Shown piece after piece: positions 1 through 9,040 of a DNA stretch of 64,000 nucleotides (the first letter of the stretch is position 1; the number at the start of each line of letters is the position of its first letter). Source of the DNA: Candidatus Omnitrophota bacterium. Lineage in GTDB: Bacteria > Omnitrophota > Gorgyraeia > Duberdicusellales > Duberdicusellaceae. The DNA lies in contig JAFGCB010000016.1 in assembly GCA_016932855.1 (NCBI GenBank), positions 554 to 64,553 on the forward strand, read 5' to 3'. The notes below the pieces were generated by a model. It did not search any database and was not told the origin of the DNA. It saw only the letters and a list, made by a program, of their open reading frames with translations. Made by a program: the position numbers and the translations under genes.

Positions 1-1706
1 GGCTCGATAACAAATACCGCTCTGGGGCCTACGCCCTGCTGCCTGTGCCAGATATCGAAACTCTCGGCATTTGTCTGGTTGTCGAAATCCAGATAAAACC
101 TTAAGTATCTTCCGGATGCTCCAGGTATAGTCTCGCGCAGGGATATCCCGTCAACAAGCCAGCGAAGTTCACCCAAGGCTGCTCCGGAAGGCCCGAAGGA
201 TATATACTCGGAATTTGAAGACATGCGCAGATTACCGGAAATAAGAGCGCTTGCGTCAACTTCCAAACCGACAGAAGGCGCGGTTGTGCCTATGCCTACT
301 CTGTTACTTGCTGAATCAACGAAAAAAGTATCCGTATCTACGGTCATATCCCCGCCGGTTAAAGCCATATCGCCGCCGCTTATATTCAACCCGTTAGGTA
401 TAGATAAATTAGAAGCATTAAAGGTAAGGGTATCTCCGGAGGCAGCGCCTAAAATAGTGTCTCCGCCAACTCCCAGGTTTCCGCTTATATCCAAATCAGT
501 AAACCCGAAAGTGCCGACGCTTAAATTGCCCGCAATATTTACATTACCGCCAAAATCAGCATTACCGTCAACCTCAAAATCATCGGCAAGATAGGCGTCT
601 CCCGGACCTGCGACTATATCAGGCGTACCCGCGCCTACCATTAAAAGATTATCAAGATAGCTTATGCCGTCTACCTCGAAAGTGCCTTCAACAAACATAG
701 ACTCCCCGCCTAAGGCCTGAGTGGGCAGGGCATCCCCTACGGTTAAATCTCCGGAAAGAACTGCCACGTCATTATTTACATTAAGAATTTCAGTAGCGCC
801 CTTGGATAAGGACAAAACATCGCCGCCTCCGAGCTGGGTTACTTTAAGCCCTACGCCCTGGGTGTTTGCGCCTGCTGTAACCTCTAAGGCATCATTGGCA
901 GTAGAAGAAGAAGGGGTAAAATTAATAGATGTTCCGTCATGGGCAGTGCCGGTATAGTTAACTTCTAAGTATCCGTCAATAACGTAATTACCGGTTATGC
1001 CCAAGCCGCCGTTAACATGCAGCACCCCGTCCATATAGGCATCGCCGTCAACCTCGAGCGTACCGCTTATAAAGGCATCGCCGCCGTCTAAGGCTTGAGT
1101 CGGAGTTGCTCCTCCGAGCTTGAAGTTACCGCTGGCGATATTAACCATACGGGTCGCTCCACCGGCATTAACCACCAGGTCTTCGCCGGCGGCTGCGGCC
1201 ATATCAACCGCGGTGCCAGAAAAGGTAAGACTACCTTCCATAGTATCATCGGCATCCGAACGCAAGAACTGCGAACTCTTAAATCCTTCCAGGCGGTAAG
1301 AATTCAAGGCGTAAGCTGCCGAGGGAAGCTTTAGCCTCGGGCTCATCTCTCCGTCGCCGTCTACCTCTATGGAAATCCAATAGGTAGTATTGAAATCCAA
1401 GGCTGTAGGAAAAGCACTTGTATCTCCCAAGTAGGCGCTGAACAGACCGCTTGAACCTACGCTAAGAGGCTGAGTCTCGCTCCAAAGAGCCGAGCCTCCC
1501 TGCTGCTGGCTATAGAGCCTGAAAGTAAAGGTGTGAGCGCCGCTAAGAATCTCCTCCTCCTGGTTAGTCAGCCTTCCGTGACAGGTAATAACCCTGGGCG
1601 GAGACGAAAAAGCGTCGGTTTGCAAAAATATAAACTCAAAGAAGACCAGCACAATGAAGAAAGTGAAGAAAAAACGGACATTTTTAAAACTAGACCTTAA
1701 TAACAT
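1..1706 (-). CDS. Large secreted tail-fibre-like/adhesin protein (5' part; runs off window)
   Basis: Not in the ORF track because it has no stop in the window. Translated by hand from ATG 1706 (SD AAGGAGG at 1713-1719): hydrophobic signal-like N-terminus, then PRVITCHGRL..FTFRLY..GGSALWSETQ..GLFSAYLG..YWISIEV..EMSPRLKLPSAAYAL, then repeats G.xP......(L/F)EVDG and NRVGIGTTAP. Confidence 0.85.
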   Translation of the reverse strand, partial: MLLRSSFKNVRFFFTFFIVLVFFEFIFLQTDAFSSPPRVITCHGRLTNQEEEILSGAHTFTFRLYSQQQGGSALWSETQPLSVGSSGLFSAYLGDTSAFPTALDFNTTYWISIEVDGDGEMSPRLKLPSAAYALNSYRLEGFKSSQFLRSDADDTMEGSLTFSGTAVDMAAAAGEDLVVNAGGATRMVNIASGNFKLGGATPTQALDGGDAFISGTLEVDGDAYMDGVLHVNGGLGITGNYVIDGYLEVNYTGTAHDGTSINFTPSSSTANDALEVTAGANTQGVGLKVTQLGGGDVLSLSKGATEILNVNNDVAVLSGDLTVGDALPTQALGGESMFVEGTFEVDGISYLDNLLMVGAGTPDIVAGPGDAYLADDFEVDGNADFGGNVNIAGNLSVGTFGFTDLDISGNLGVGGDTILGAASGDTLTFNASNLSIPNGLNISGGDMALTGGDMTVDTDTFFVDSASNRVGIGTTAPSVGLEVDASALISGNLRMSSNSEYISFGPSGAALGELRWLVDGISLRETIPGASGRYLRFYLDFDNQTNAESFDIWHRQQGVGPRAVFVIE

Positions 1707-1726
1707 CGCAAACCTCCTTTAATTAC

Positions 1727-1765
1727 AAAAATACCCCCACCACCGGAAAACCGAATGATGGGGGT
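1727..1765 (-). terminator. Intrinsic terminator-like hairpin in the 5' leader of the fibre gene
   Basis: Minus strand ACCCCCATCATTCGG-TTTT-CCGGTGGTGGGGGT followed by ATTTTTG, a few nt upstream of the SD. Confidence 0.7.
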
Positions 1766-1921
1766 TCAAACGGGCCCCTGGACAAAGGCCCTGGACTGTA
1801 CATAAAATGACAAAGAGCCCTTTGCTTTTGCTTAGGGCTCAGTTTAAATGCGCAGCCAAATCTTTTTTGCGGTTCTTGCCTAGTAGTAGCAGTTGCCTGC
1901 TCAGTCCAGGTCCCGTTTAAC
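1766..1921 (-). ncRNA. Candidate structured cis-regulatory leader RNA
   Basis: Long closing stem AAACGGGACCTGGAC / GTCCAGGGGCCCGTTT, alternative partner CAGTCCAGG, AGCAG-GCAA-CTGCT GNRA hairpin, GAGCCCT..AGGGCTC hairpin. Confidence 0.5.
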
Positions 1922-1954
1922 ATTTTTTTATCCCTAATTACACCCTGCACTTAT

Positions 1955-1984
1955 AGTTTAACTAATTTATACTATATAATTCAA
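1955..1984 (-). promoter_or_regulatory. Putative sigma70 promoter for leader and fibre gene
   Basis: TTGAAT-18nt-TAAACT on minus strand in AT-rich DNA. Confidence 0.35.
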
Positions 1985-2268
1985 GCCCAAAAAACCTTTA
2001 TTTTTAGGGCTTTTTTAGCTGTGCCAAGGCGAAAAATCGACTTTTAGAAAGGAAAGCGTTTTCGGCATGAAAACAAAGGCAGAAATCAATCTTAATAATA
2101 TATATTCAAAGAACTAAAAAATAGATTAGGGATATTATTTAAACCATAAAATAGGTTTAAATGTATTAAATATAAATTAACCTACGCTTTTCTCCTCTCC
2201 AGTTTATATTTTAGAAAGGCTGTGTTATTACCGAAATACTCCCGGCTTCAAGACAAAAAACCAAAGAC

Positions 2269-5200
2269 TTATTTTCTTAAAACCATCTCTTCCCCTGAAG
2301 GTAAAAGTATTCTGGCAGTAACGAATATCAAGAGATTTCTTCTTTCAATACTATCGTATTCTTTACGGAATAAATTACCCAAAAGAGGTATGTCGCCTAA
2401 TAAAGGAACTTTGGATTTATTGTGAGTCCTTACCTCCTTTATCAACCCCCCTAAGACAACAGTGTCACCGCTTTCCACAGCTACCGTGGTAGCTAAGTTT
2501 CGCGAGCTGAAGCGGGGAAGGCTTACGTCTCCGGTGTACTGGAAATAATCCGCGGTGGCCTCGGATACTTCGGGAATAAGCGACAGGCTTATAGTCTCGG
2601 AATCAATACCCATAGAAGGCACAACTTTTAAGATAATACCCACGTCCCGCCTTACAAAGTCTGTAGGGACATTTTGAAATTCAGTCTCACCGGCATCATC
2701 GTAATCACCGTCGCCGTTTAAATCATACTGGACTATCTGGAATTCATAACGGGTAGGATAAATCCACTCATCAACAACTTTTATTGCCGCAAGCTGGTTG
2801 TTAAGCGTGGTTATCCTCGGAGCAGAGAGAGTCTTGGTTTTATTGGACTTCTCCAAAGCATGAAGAATCGCCTGAAACTGAGGGTCAGTCAAAACCCCTT
2901 TGTAGGTCAAGTTAAAGCCTTCGGCGGCATTGGTAAAGGCCGTAAAATCCACACCGCTGTCCTCGTCAACTCCATGCTTAAAAGCTCCGTTTTCCTGTTC
3001 TATCGCAGCATCAGAATTAGTCTTCCATTCAATGCCCAACTCTTTTAAATCAGTAACATCAACCTCCAGGAAACGGGCCTCAATTAAGATCTGGTAAGGA
3101 CATACATCCAGGTTATAAAGAATGTCTTCTACTACCTGAAGGTTCTTGGGAGTATTACTTATTATTAAAGAATTAGTTCTTTTATCCAGAACTATCTTGG
3201 CCTCAGCAGGCCACTCCACCGCCTCCTTTAAGGTATCTTCTAAAGTCTCTATCTTGGAAATCGAGGCAAAAGAAGAAAGGATTCCGGCCTGGGATGTCTC
3301 AGAGGTGGCAAATTCGGTAAAAAGCCCGGCACCCTTGGTAAGCTTATAAACCCTGGTCTCAATAGCCTCGGACTCAATCTCTTCGGGCAAAGCTATCCAG
3401 ACAAGATCCTCATCGACCCTAAAAGACAAACCAGCGCTTTTCAGCATATATTTTAACGCCTCGTAAGCCGGGGTGCTGTCAAACTTAGCAGTTACTTTCG
3501 GCTTCTTCTCCAGGACATTTCCCGAAAGAATAATATTAGCCCCTGTTTCCTGAGCGATAAACTCAGCCACATACTTAAGGCTTACATTATCAAAATCCAA
3601 AGTCACTCTTTTCTCTAATTTCTTTCTGATCTCGGGAATCACTACAACCGCAACAGGCTGTATCTCAACTTCTGTCTTGGCCGGCTCAATATAAGGAGGC
3701 TGTGAATACTCCGCTGCCTTGCGGAGCATCTGCCTGTCAGATTCCTCTTCCTCTCTTAAGGCGTCTTTCATTTCCTCTTTGTGCTTCTTTTTTTGAGCCT
3801 CATCTATTATCTTCTTGGCGGAAGGCGTGTAGTATATCCGGGGATTTCCTTCAAGCTTAATAACTTCCTGGAAATAACTTACAGCCTCATCATAAAGACC
3901 CTGCTTGTAGAGTTTAAGACCCTTGTAATAAAGGTTGCGTATTTTTATTATTTTCTCGATATCGTGCTCTTCTTTGACGTCAGTCTCCCAAAAAGCAGAG
4001 CTCTCTTCATCCCCCATGCCCTGAGAAGCCTGGCTATAAAATTCCTCATCCTGGGGCTCGTAACTTACGCTCTCCACAGGGTTTCTCCTGGGAGGCTTAG
4101 AGCTGATTTTTAAACCCACGTAATTAATCAGGGAATCAACCTCTTTATCGTCGGGAAAATCACCTTTAAGGCCTATGAGAATCTGCTCCGCCTGTTCATA
4201 TTCCTCCAGGACAATCAAATTCCGGGCCTGGGCAATAACCCTATTTTTGTTTTTTTCCGCAGCGCTACTTGTAACCAAAGTCTTTTTAGCGGCTGGTTGA
4301 GAGGCCTGCTTAAGAGAGGCTGCCTCTTTTACCTCTACAGCAGATGCGGGTCTATCAACCCTTGCCGGCTCGTTTCTACTTGCTGTTTCCTTAAGCCTCG
4401 TTTCTTTAAGTTCAGCCTGCCTGTTTTTCTCATCCATTAAGGCAAGTCTTCTTTCCTCTTTATCAATATAGGCATTAATCTTTAAGTTCATTGACCGGGC
4501 ATAATCTGAAACGGATTTCTCTCTAGAATACTTACCCTGCAACAGCTCAAGCTCTTCCAGGGCTGAATCATACTGCCTTTCTCTAATAAATTCGGATACT
4601 TTTTCCTTAGTCGAGGCAAAATCAGAAGAAAGCTTCTTTTGATAACGCCTCTTCTCAAGATAAGCTTTATCTCTTTCGTCCTTGGCAATATAAGATCTTA
4701 TCTTCGGCTGCATTGCTCTGGCGTAACTCAATACAGACCCTTGCCCGGGATACATCTCTTCCAATAAAGCAAGCTCCTTTAAAGCCTGTTTATATTCTCC
4801 TTCTTTTATAAGCCGTGATATTTTTCCCTTGGCAGAGGCTAAATCCGATTTAAGCTTCTGCTGATAATCTTTCCTCTCAAGATAAGCCCGGCGCTCTTCT
4901 TCTTTTTCAATATAGGAATTAACCTTTAAGCCCATTTTGCGGGTATAATTTGAAACCGACTTTTCTTGAGGATAAACACTCGCTAGTTCCTTAAGCTCTT
5001 CTAAGGCCCGGTCATACTCTTTTTCTTTGATAAAGTGAGCTACTCTCTGTTTAGCTGTTGAAAAATCAGCTGAAAGCCTCTGGCGGTAACGCTCCTCCTC
5101 AAAAGAAACGTCTACTTCCTCGTCTTTTTCCAGATATCCGCTTAGCCGCCGGCGCATTGCCGTTGAATAATCAAGAACTGTTTTCTCGCCAGGATAAATT

Positions 5201-6207
5201 CTTTCAAGCAAGGAAAGCTCGTTTAAGGCCGCTGAATACTGTCTTTCTTTTATAAGGCCGGATATATTTTTTTTCGTTGAGGCCAAATCCGAAAGCATTC
5301 TTTCTCTCTGAAGCTTCTGGCGTAAATCAGACTTTCTTGTTTCTTCCTTCTCCTCGGCTTTCTTTAAAACAGTAATAAGCGTCTTTACCGCCTTATCCTG
5401 AGGGTATTTTGAGTTAAGCACTTTAAAAATGGCTCTTGCTTGTTCAAAATCCTTATCAGCCACGGCGACTTTAAAACGCTTGATAAGGTCCTTTTTATCT
5501 GTCTGGGCCTGCTTATAAGTTTGAACCGGGGAATATTCTTCTTTCCTGGGTAAAGTTTCTTCCGGGGCCGCTTTCTTTACCAAGGGCTTCTCTACTTTTT
5601 TAACCTCTCTTATTACAGGCTGTTCCGCAGGTTCTTTCTTTACAGCAGACCTTATTACCTGAGGAGCCTCTATTTCATTTAATAAATCCCTTATTTTGGC
5701 ATCACCGGGATAAACCGCTGAAAGCTCGATAAGCATGGAACGGGCTTTCTTATAGTTGCCGTAAGAGATGTATTTTTCCGCTTTCTTAATAAGAGATATC
5801 TTCTTCTGAAGATCTTGCATCTGCTTTGCCCGGATTTGGGCTTGCTGCTTTTCAAGATAGCGGCTTGCCTTATCCTTAAGCTTACGGATATAAGAGGCTT
5901 CGGGACAATTCTGCAGAAGATTCTCAAACAAAACCAAAGCTTCCCGGTAATTCTTAGAACTATAGTAACTTCTTGCCTTCTTGTAAACCGACAGATCCCT
6001 GGAAGCCTGATTAAAATACTGCAGGGCTACCGCATTTCGAGGCTCGCCTCTTAGGATGGCTTCTGCTTTATTGACTACCCCCTGGAAGTTTCCTCTAAGG
6101 TAATTAATCCTTAGCCAGTCAGACCAGGAGTCATTGCTAGCATAGATGAAAAAAGTAGCTAAAACCGCGATAAAGCCACAAATAATTACTGCTTTTAGAA
6201 ACTTCAT
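2269..6207 (-). CDS. Very large secretin (GspD/PilQ family) with N-terminal TPR/helical repeats
   Basis: C-terminal secretin motifs (QILIEARFLEV, LSAPRITTLNNQ, GDTVVLGGLI, KVPLLGDIPLLGNLFR), STN/N3-like region before it, ~850 aa helical TPR-like N-terminus. Confidence 0.92.
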   Translation of the reverse strand: MKFLKAVIICGFIAVLATFFIYASNDSWSDWLRINYLRGNFQGVVNKAEAILRGEPRNAVALQYFNQASRDLSVYKKARSYYSSKNYREALVLFENLLQNCPEASYIRKLKDKASRYLEKQQAQIRAKQMQDLQKKISLIKKAEKYISYGNYKKARSMLIELSAVYPGDAKIRDLLNEIEAPQVIRSAVKKEPAEQPVIREVKKVEKPLVKKAAPEETLPRKEEYSPVQTYKQAQTDKKDLIKRFKVAVADKDFEQARAIFKVLNSKYPQDKAVKTLITVLKKAEEKEETRKSDLRQKLQRERMLSDLASTKKNISGLIKERQYSAALNELSLLERIYPGEKTVLDYSTAMRRRLSGYLEKDEEVDVSFEEERYRQRLSADFSTAKQRVAHFIKEKEYDRALEELKELASVYPQEKSVSNYTRKMGLKVNSYIEKEEERRAYLERKDYQQKLKSDLASAKGKISRLIKEGEYKQALKELALLEEMYPGQGSVLSYARAMQPKIRSYIAKDERDKAYLEKRRYQKKLSSDFASTKEKVSEFIRERQYDSALEELELLQGKYSREKSVSDYARSMNLKINAYIDKEERRLALMDEKNRQAELKETRLKETASRNEPARVDRPASAVEVKEAASLKQASQPAAKKTLVTSSAAEKNKNRVIAQARNLIVLEEYEQAEQILIGLKGDFPDDKEVDSLINYVGLKISSKPPRRNPVESVSYEPQDEEFYSQASQGMGDEESSAFWETDVKEEHDIEKIIKIRNLYYKGLKLYKQGLYDEAVSYFQEVIKLEGNPRIYYTPSAKKIIDEAQKKKHKEEMKDALREEEESDRQMLRKAAEYSQPPYIEPAKTEVEIQPVAVVVIPEIRKKLEKRVTLDFDNVSLKYVAEFIAQETGANIILSGNVLEKKPKVTAKFDSTPAYEALKYMLKSAGLSFRVDEDLVWIALPEEIESEAIETRVYKLTKGAGLFTEFATSETSQAGILSSFASISKIETLEDTLKEAVEWPAEAKIVLDKRTNSLIISNTPKNLQVVEDILYNLDVCPYQILIEARFLEVDVTDLKELGIEWKTNSDAAIEQENGAFKHGVDEDSGVDFTAFTNAAEGFNLTYKGVLTDPQFQAILHALEKSNKTKTLSAPRITTLNNQLAAIKVVDEWIYPTRYEFQIVQYDLNGDGDYDDAGETEFQNVPTDFVRRDVGIILKVVPSMGIDSETISLSLIPEVSEATADYFQYTGDVSLPRFSSRNLATTVAVESGDTVVLGGLIKEVRTHNKSKVPLLGDIPLLGNLFRKEYDSIERRNLLIFVTARILLPSGEEMVLRK
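4405..5292 (-). repeat. Four tandem 74-aa (222-bp) protein repeats inside the secretin
   Basis: Units start SDLASTKK / ADFSTAKQ / SDLASAKG / SDFASTKE, each with Y..AL.EL..L...Y(P/S)...V..Y...M. Confidence 0.9.
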
Positions 6208-7244
6208 CAGTCAACCTCCCGCTTTAATATCAATTCTTTTTGATTTTTTATATTTTTTAATATTAAACGATTCTCCTGAAACCCCTTTACTTCAAAATCT
6301 TCGATTTTTTCTCCTAAGCTTAAAAAGAAGACTTTATTTTTAACTGTATCTTCTACGGCAGCTACAGCTTCTCCTTTTAAACTGCCCATTCCTCTATAAA
6401 AGAAACGCTGGGTGGCTATCTTGGGGGCATCCTGCGGAGTCTTAGCAGAAATAACTTGATGGGTTTGCATCTTTTTAAATATCTTGTTCTGCAAGAATTT
6501 CTCCTTCAAATCACCGCTTACAATCACGTAATTCCTGTAATCTTTAGGCATAGCAGCATCGCTTATCGAACTTAGAACCCTACTGTCAACCATCAGCTTT
6601 GTAACTTTCATATTATAAGTAAAGCTCTCCTGCCGGCTTAATTCCATCTTCTCTATGCTCAGCAACGGTAAAAACTCGGTAAGTAACAATACGTACTGGG
6701 CAACATTTAAAGCCTCGGCCCTGAACCTAAGTTCTATGGCCAAAGACTTATTATCCTGCTGGGTCGGAGTGGGAATCTCCACAAAGGTAAAGTCTAGCCC
6801 TGCCTTCAAGCCTAAATCAACCGCTTTCTCTAATACCTCCATATTTCTTATAAAGTAAGGAGCGTCCTCCTTGGAAGGCAGAACTTTAGGAACCTCGATC
6901 TGAGGAGGCAATAATCCTTTTATCTCTGTTTTTAGCAATAGTTTCTTCTCTATGCCATCCAGCTTCCGGGCAAATACTATAGCCCCGTCGAATACGGTTT
7001 TATCTTCGCTTGAAATTGTATCGAACATATCCACTAAACCCATAAGCTTGCCTTCAAGCTTACGGGTGTCAACTTTCAGCCTCTCAAGCAAATCCTGAGT
7101 TACCGGTTTTTCCGTTTCGGACTCATAAGAATCTATTTTCTTCTTTAACGACACATTTATATTGCTCAAGATAATCACGCCGACTAAAGCTATCGCATTT
7201 AAAACAAGTATAGTGCTAATTAAGCTGTTGGATCTATCTTTCAT
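6207..7244 (-). CDS. GspM/PilO-like membrane protein with C-terminal GspC/PilP-like beta domain
   Basis: N-terminal TM helix, coiled coil, ferredoxin-like segment (LAIELRF..LLSIEKMEL), C-terminal YRG..AVAAVED..FFLSLGEKI..FEVKGF..RLIL; translationally coupled to the secretin. Confidence 0.55.
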   Translation of the reverse strand: MKDRSNSLISTILVLNAIALVGVIILSNINVSLKKKIDSYESETEKPVTQDLLERLKVDTRKLEGKLMGLVDMFDTISSEDKTVFDGAIVFARKLDGIEKKLLLKTEIKGLLPPQIEVPKVLPSKEDAPYFIRNMEVLEKAVDLGLKAGLDFTFVEIPTPTQQDNKSLAIELRFRAEALNVAQYVLLLTEFLPLLSIEKMELSRQESFTYNMKVTKLMVDSRVLSSISDAAMPKDYRNYVIVSGDLKEKFLQNKIFKKMQTHQVISAKTPQDAPKIATQRFFYRGMGSLKGEAVAAVEDTVKNKVFFLSLGEKIEDFEVKGFQENRLILKNIKNQKELILKREVD

Positions 7245-8611
7245 TTTTTAATAAGTTTAATTTTGAAATATATGGCTTCTTTGATTTCTCTTGTTGATTC
7301 GGAACGGGAAGAAACCGGCACAATTTGCGTAAAATACCCGCTTTCTCTTAAATCTCTAAGGAACTGTGATATATCATCGTATGAAGGGCTTTTTATATCC
7401 AGGTTTATCTGCCAATCTTCCTCTTTTACGAAATCAAATCTCTCAACCTCTATGTCGCCGAGCTCTCTGTCGATTAAACTTACGGCTTCCACCAGAAATC
7501 GATGATTTACGACTTCTTTCTCGAGGGGTTCAATCTGCTTAAGCAAACTCTCTTTCTTAAGATTAAGCTCCCTGTAAACCGGGATTAACTCGTTGGTGAT
7601 TTTCTCCTGAGAATCCACGGCTGTCCTGTTTATAATTATGCTGTTTAAAAGAAAAGCCGCTGCCCCGACAAGAAAAACTAAGCTAAGCGTGCTTACCAAA
7701 AGAGCTACCTTTAAAAACTTCTGCTTGTAGGCGTTCCAGAGATTCTTGTATCTGTCCTGCTCAATAAAATCGATGTTTAACAGGCCCTTCTCCAAGACCC
7801 CCAAAGAAGCGCCCAGAAGAACCGGCAACTGTTCTTTAAATTCTTCTAAATTTTTATCTTTCGCCTTAAATTTAATTCTTCTCTGGTTTATCTCAAAGAT
7901 ACTTAACTTAATCTTCAATTCCTCGGAAATCTTGCTAACAAGAGGCTCTTCTATCTTTCCGCATATAAATATCTCGCTAAAACTTTCCTTTGGCACTGCT
8001 TCCTGAAACTGAAGATATTCGGTAATCCTCCGAAGCTCTTTGGTAATGGTCGCTAAAACTGAACCTTCCGAAGAAGATTCAAAAGGCATTTCATATAAAA
8101 AGAATTTTGTCTTATGGAACACTAAAATATCTAAAAGTTCCCCGGTAAGATACAAAAAAGCAAAGCTTTCTTTTTCTTTAGGGTAATTAAAAACGAAATA
8201 ATTATAAAGACTGGAAGCCTTGCAAGTCAAAGAAACAGGAGTAACATTTAAGGAATCCAGATAGAAAAGAGTCTTCTCCACGTCTTTACTTTTAACTACG
8301 AAAAGAGTAAGCCTGCTGCCGAATACCTTATAATTCCATTTGGAATCCTTTAGAGAAAAAGGAGGTCTATGGAGGATAGAATCTTCTATTGTCCGTTTGT
8401 TCTTAAGCTGGTCCTTTCTTAAGGAAACGCTCTTTATAAACACGGGATAATCCAAGGTCACTACAGCCGGCGAGGATTTCTTTCTATGAAGGGAAATAAA
8501 TTCCTGGTTGCTCTCGATAAAACCGGATACAAGAAACTGATTGGCTTTCTTTACTACCTCTAAGCCTTTAACTTCCGCGTTCTTAACTATTAAACTAACT
8601 AATCTCTTCAC
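7241..8611 (-). CDS. GspL-like / PilM-PilN fusion
   Basis: ~290 aa actin-like cytoplasmic part (IFICG, LLGASLG..LNIDFI), one TM helix, coiled coil and PilN-like C-terminus (SYDDISQFLRDLRESGYF). Confidence 0.6.
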   Translation of the reverse strand: MKRLVSLIVKNAEVKGLEVVKKANQFLVSGFIESNQEFISLHRKKSSPAVVTLDYPVFIKSVSLRKDQLKNKRTIEDSILHRPPFSLKDSKWNYKVFGSRLTLFVVKSKDVEKTLFYLDSLNVTPVSLTCKASSLYNYFVFNYPKEKESFAFLYLTGELLDILVFHKTKFFLYEMPFESSSEGSVLATITKELRRITEYLQFQEAVPKESFSEIFICGKIEEPLVSKISEELKIKLSIFEINQRRIKFKAKDKNLEEFKEQLPVLLGASLGVLEKGLLNIDFIEQDRYKNLWNAYKQKFLKVALLVSTLSLVFLVGAAAFLLNSIIINRTAVDSQEKITNELIPVYRELNLKKESLLKQIEPLEKEVVNHRFLVEAVSLIDRELGDIEVERFDFVKEEDWQINLDIKSPSYDDISQFLRDLRESGYFTQIVPVSSRSESTREIKEAIYFKIKLIKK

Positions 8612-8629
8612 AAGCTTTACTCCTTAAGA

Positions 8630-8812
8630 TTAGCTTCTTCCCAATATTTTCTTAAGCCGGCCGATATCGTCAACAGCGTACTCCCTTCTGTTATTTATGG
8701 GATTACGCTTGGCCTTGGGAAAGATTTTTTTCTTCTCGTAGCGATAGAGAGTTTGCTTGGAAATACCAAGTATTTGAGCTACCTCCTGGGAATTATAAAA
8801 AGTCCTCTTCAT
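8630..8812 (-). CDS. Small MerR-type HTH DNA-binding protein
   Basis: EVAQILGISKQTLYRYEKK..P.AKRNPINNRREY; ATG 8812 preceded by GGAGG. Confidence 0.85.
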   Translation of the reverse strand: MKRTFYNSQEVAQILGISKQTLYRYEKKKIFPKAKRNPINNRREYAVDDIGRLKKILGRS

Positions 8813-8892
8813 AGCCTCCGCCCTCCTTCTCAAAAAACTTTCAAACATACTATACAATGTTATACAAACATACTTAAACTTAACCCAATATC

Positions 8893-8921
8893 ATCATAAT
8901 ATATCAAAGGCTATCTGTCAA
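8893..8921 (-). promoter_or_regulatory. Sigma70 promoter of HTH-secretin operon
   Basis: TTGACA-17nt-TATGAT on minus strand. Confidence 0.65.
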
Positions 8922-9040
8922 TGTCTTTATTACTCAAATACCTTATAGATTAAAATAAAAAATATAAATTTGTTAAAGATTTCAATAATAATTAACGGAT
9001 ATATAAGATTTGTGCTCGGTGCTGCAAAAACAGCTTTGGG

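Noticed and set aside
223-1334. Plus-strand ORFs 223-594, 721-957 and 1095-1334
   Set aside because: Antisense shadows of the long minus-strand fibre gene; the same applies to most short ORFs opposite real genes
1790-1905. Assignment as a canonical NiCo, c-di-GMP or other known riboswitch
   Set aside because: Only the terminal ACUGAGCAGGC/ACAGU resemble NiCo; internal conserved blocks are not found and the downstream gene is not a metal transporter
1723-1950. 75-aa minus-strand ORF as a leader peptide
   Set aside because: No SD, no recognisable composition, and it coincides with RNA stems and a terminator; better explained as structured RNA, though not excluded
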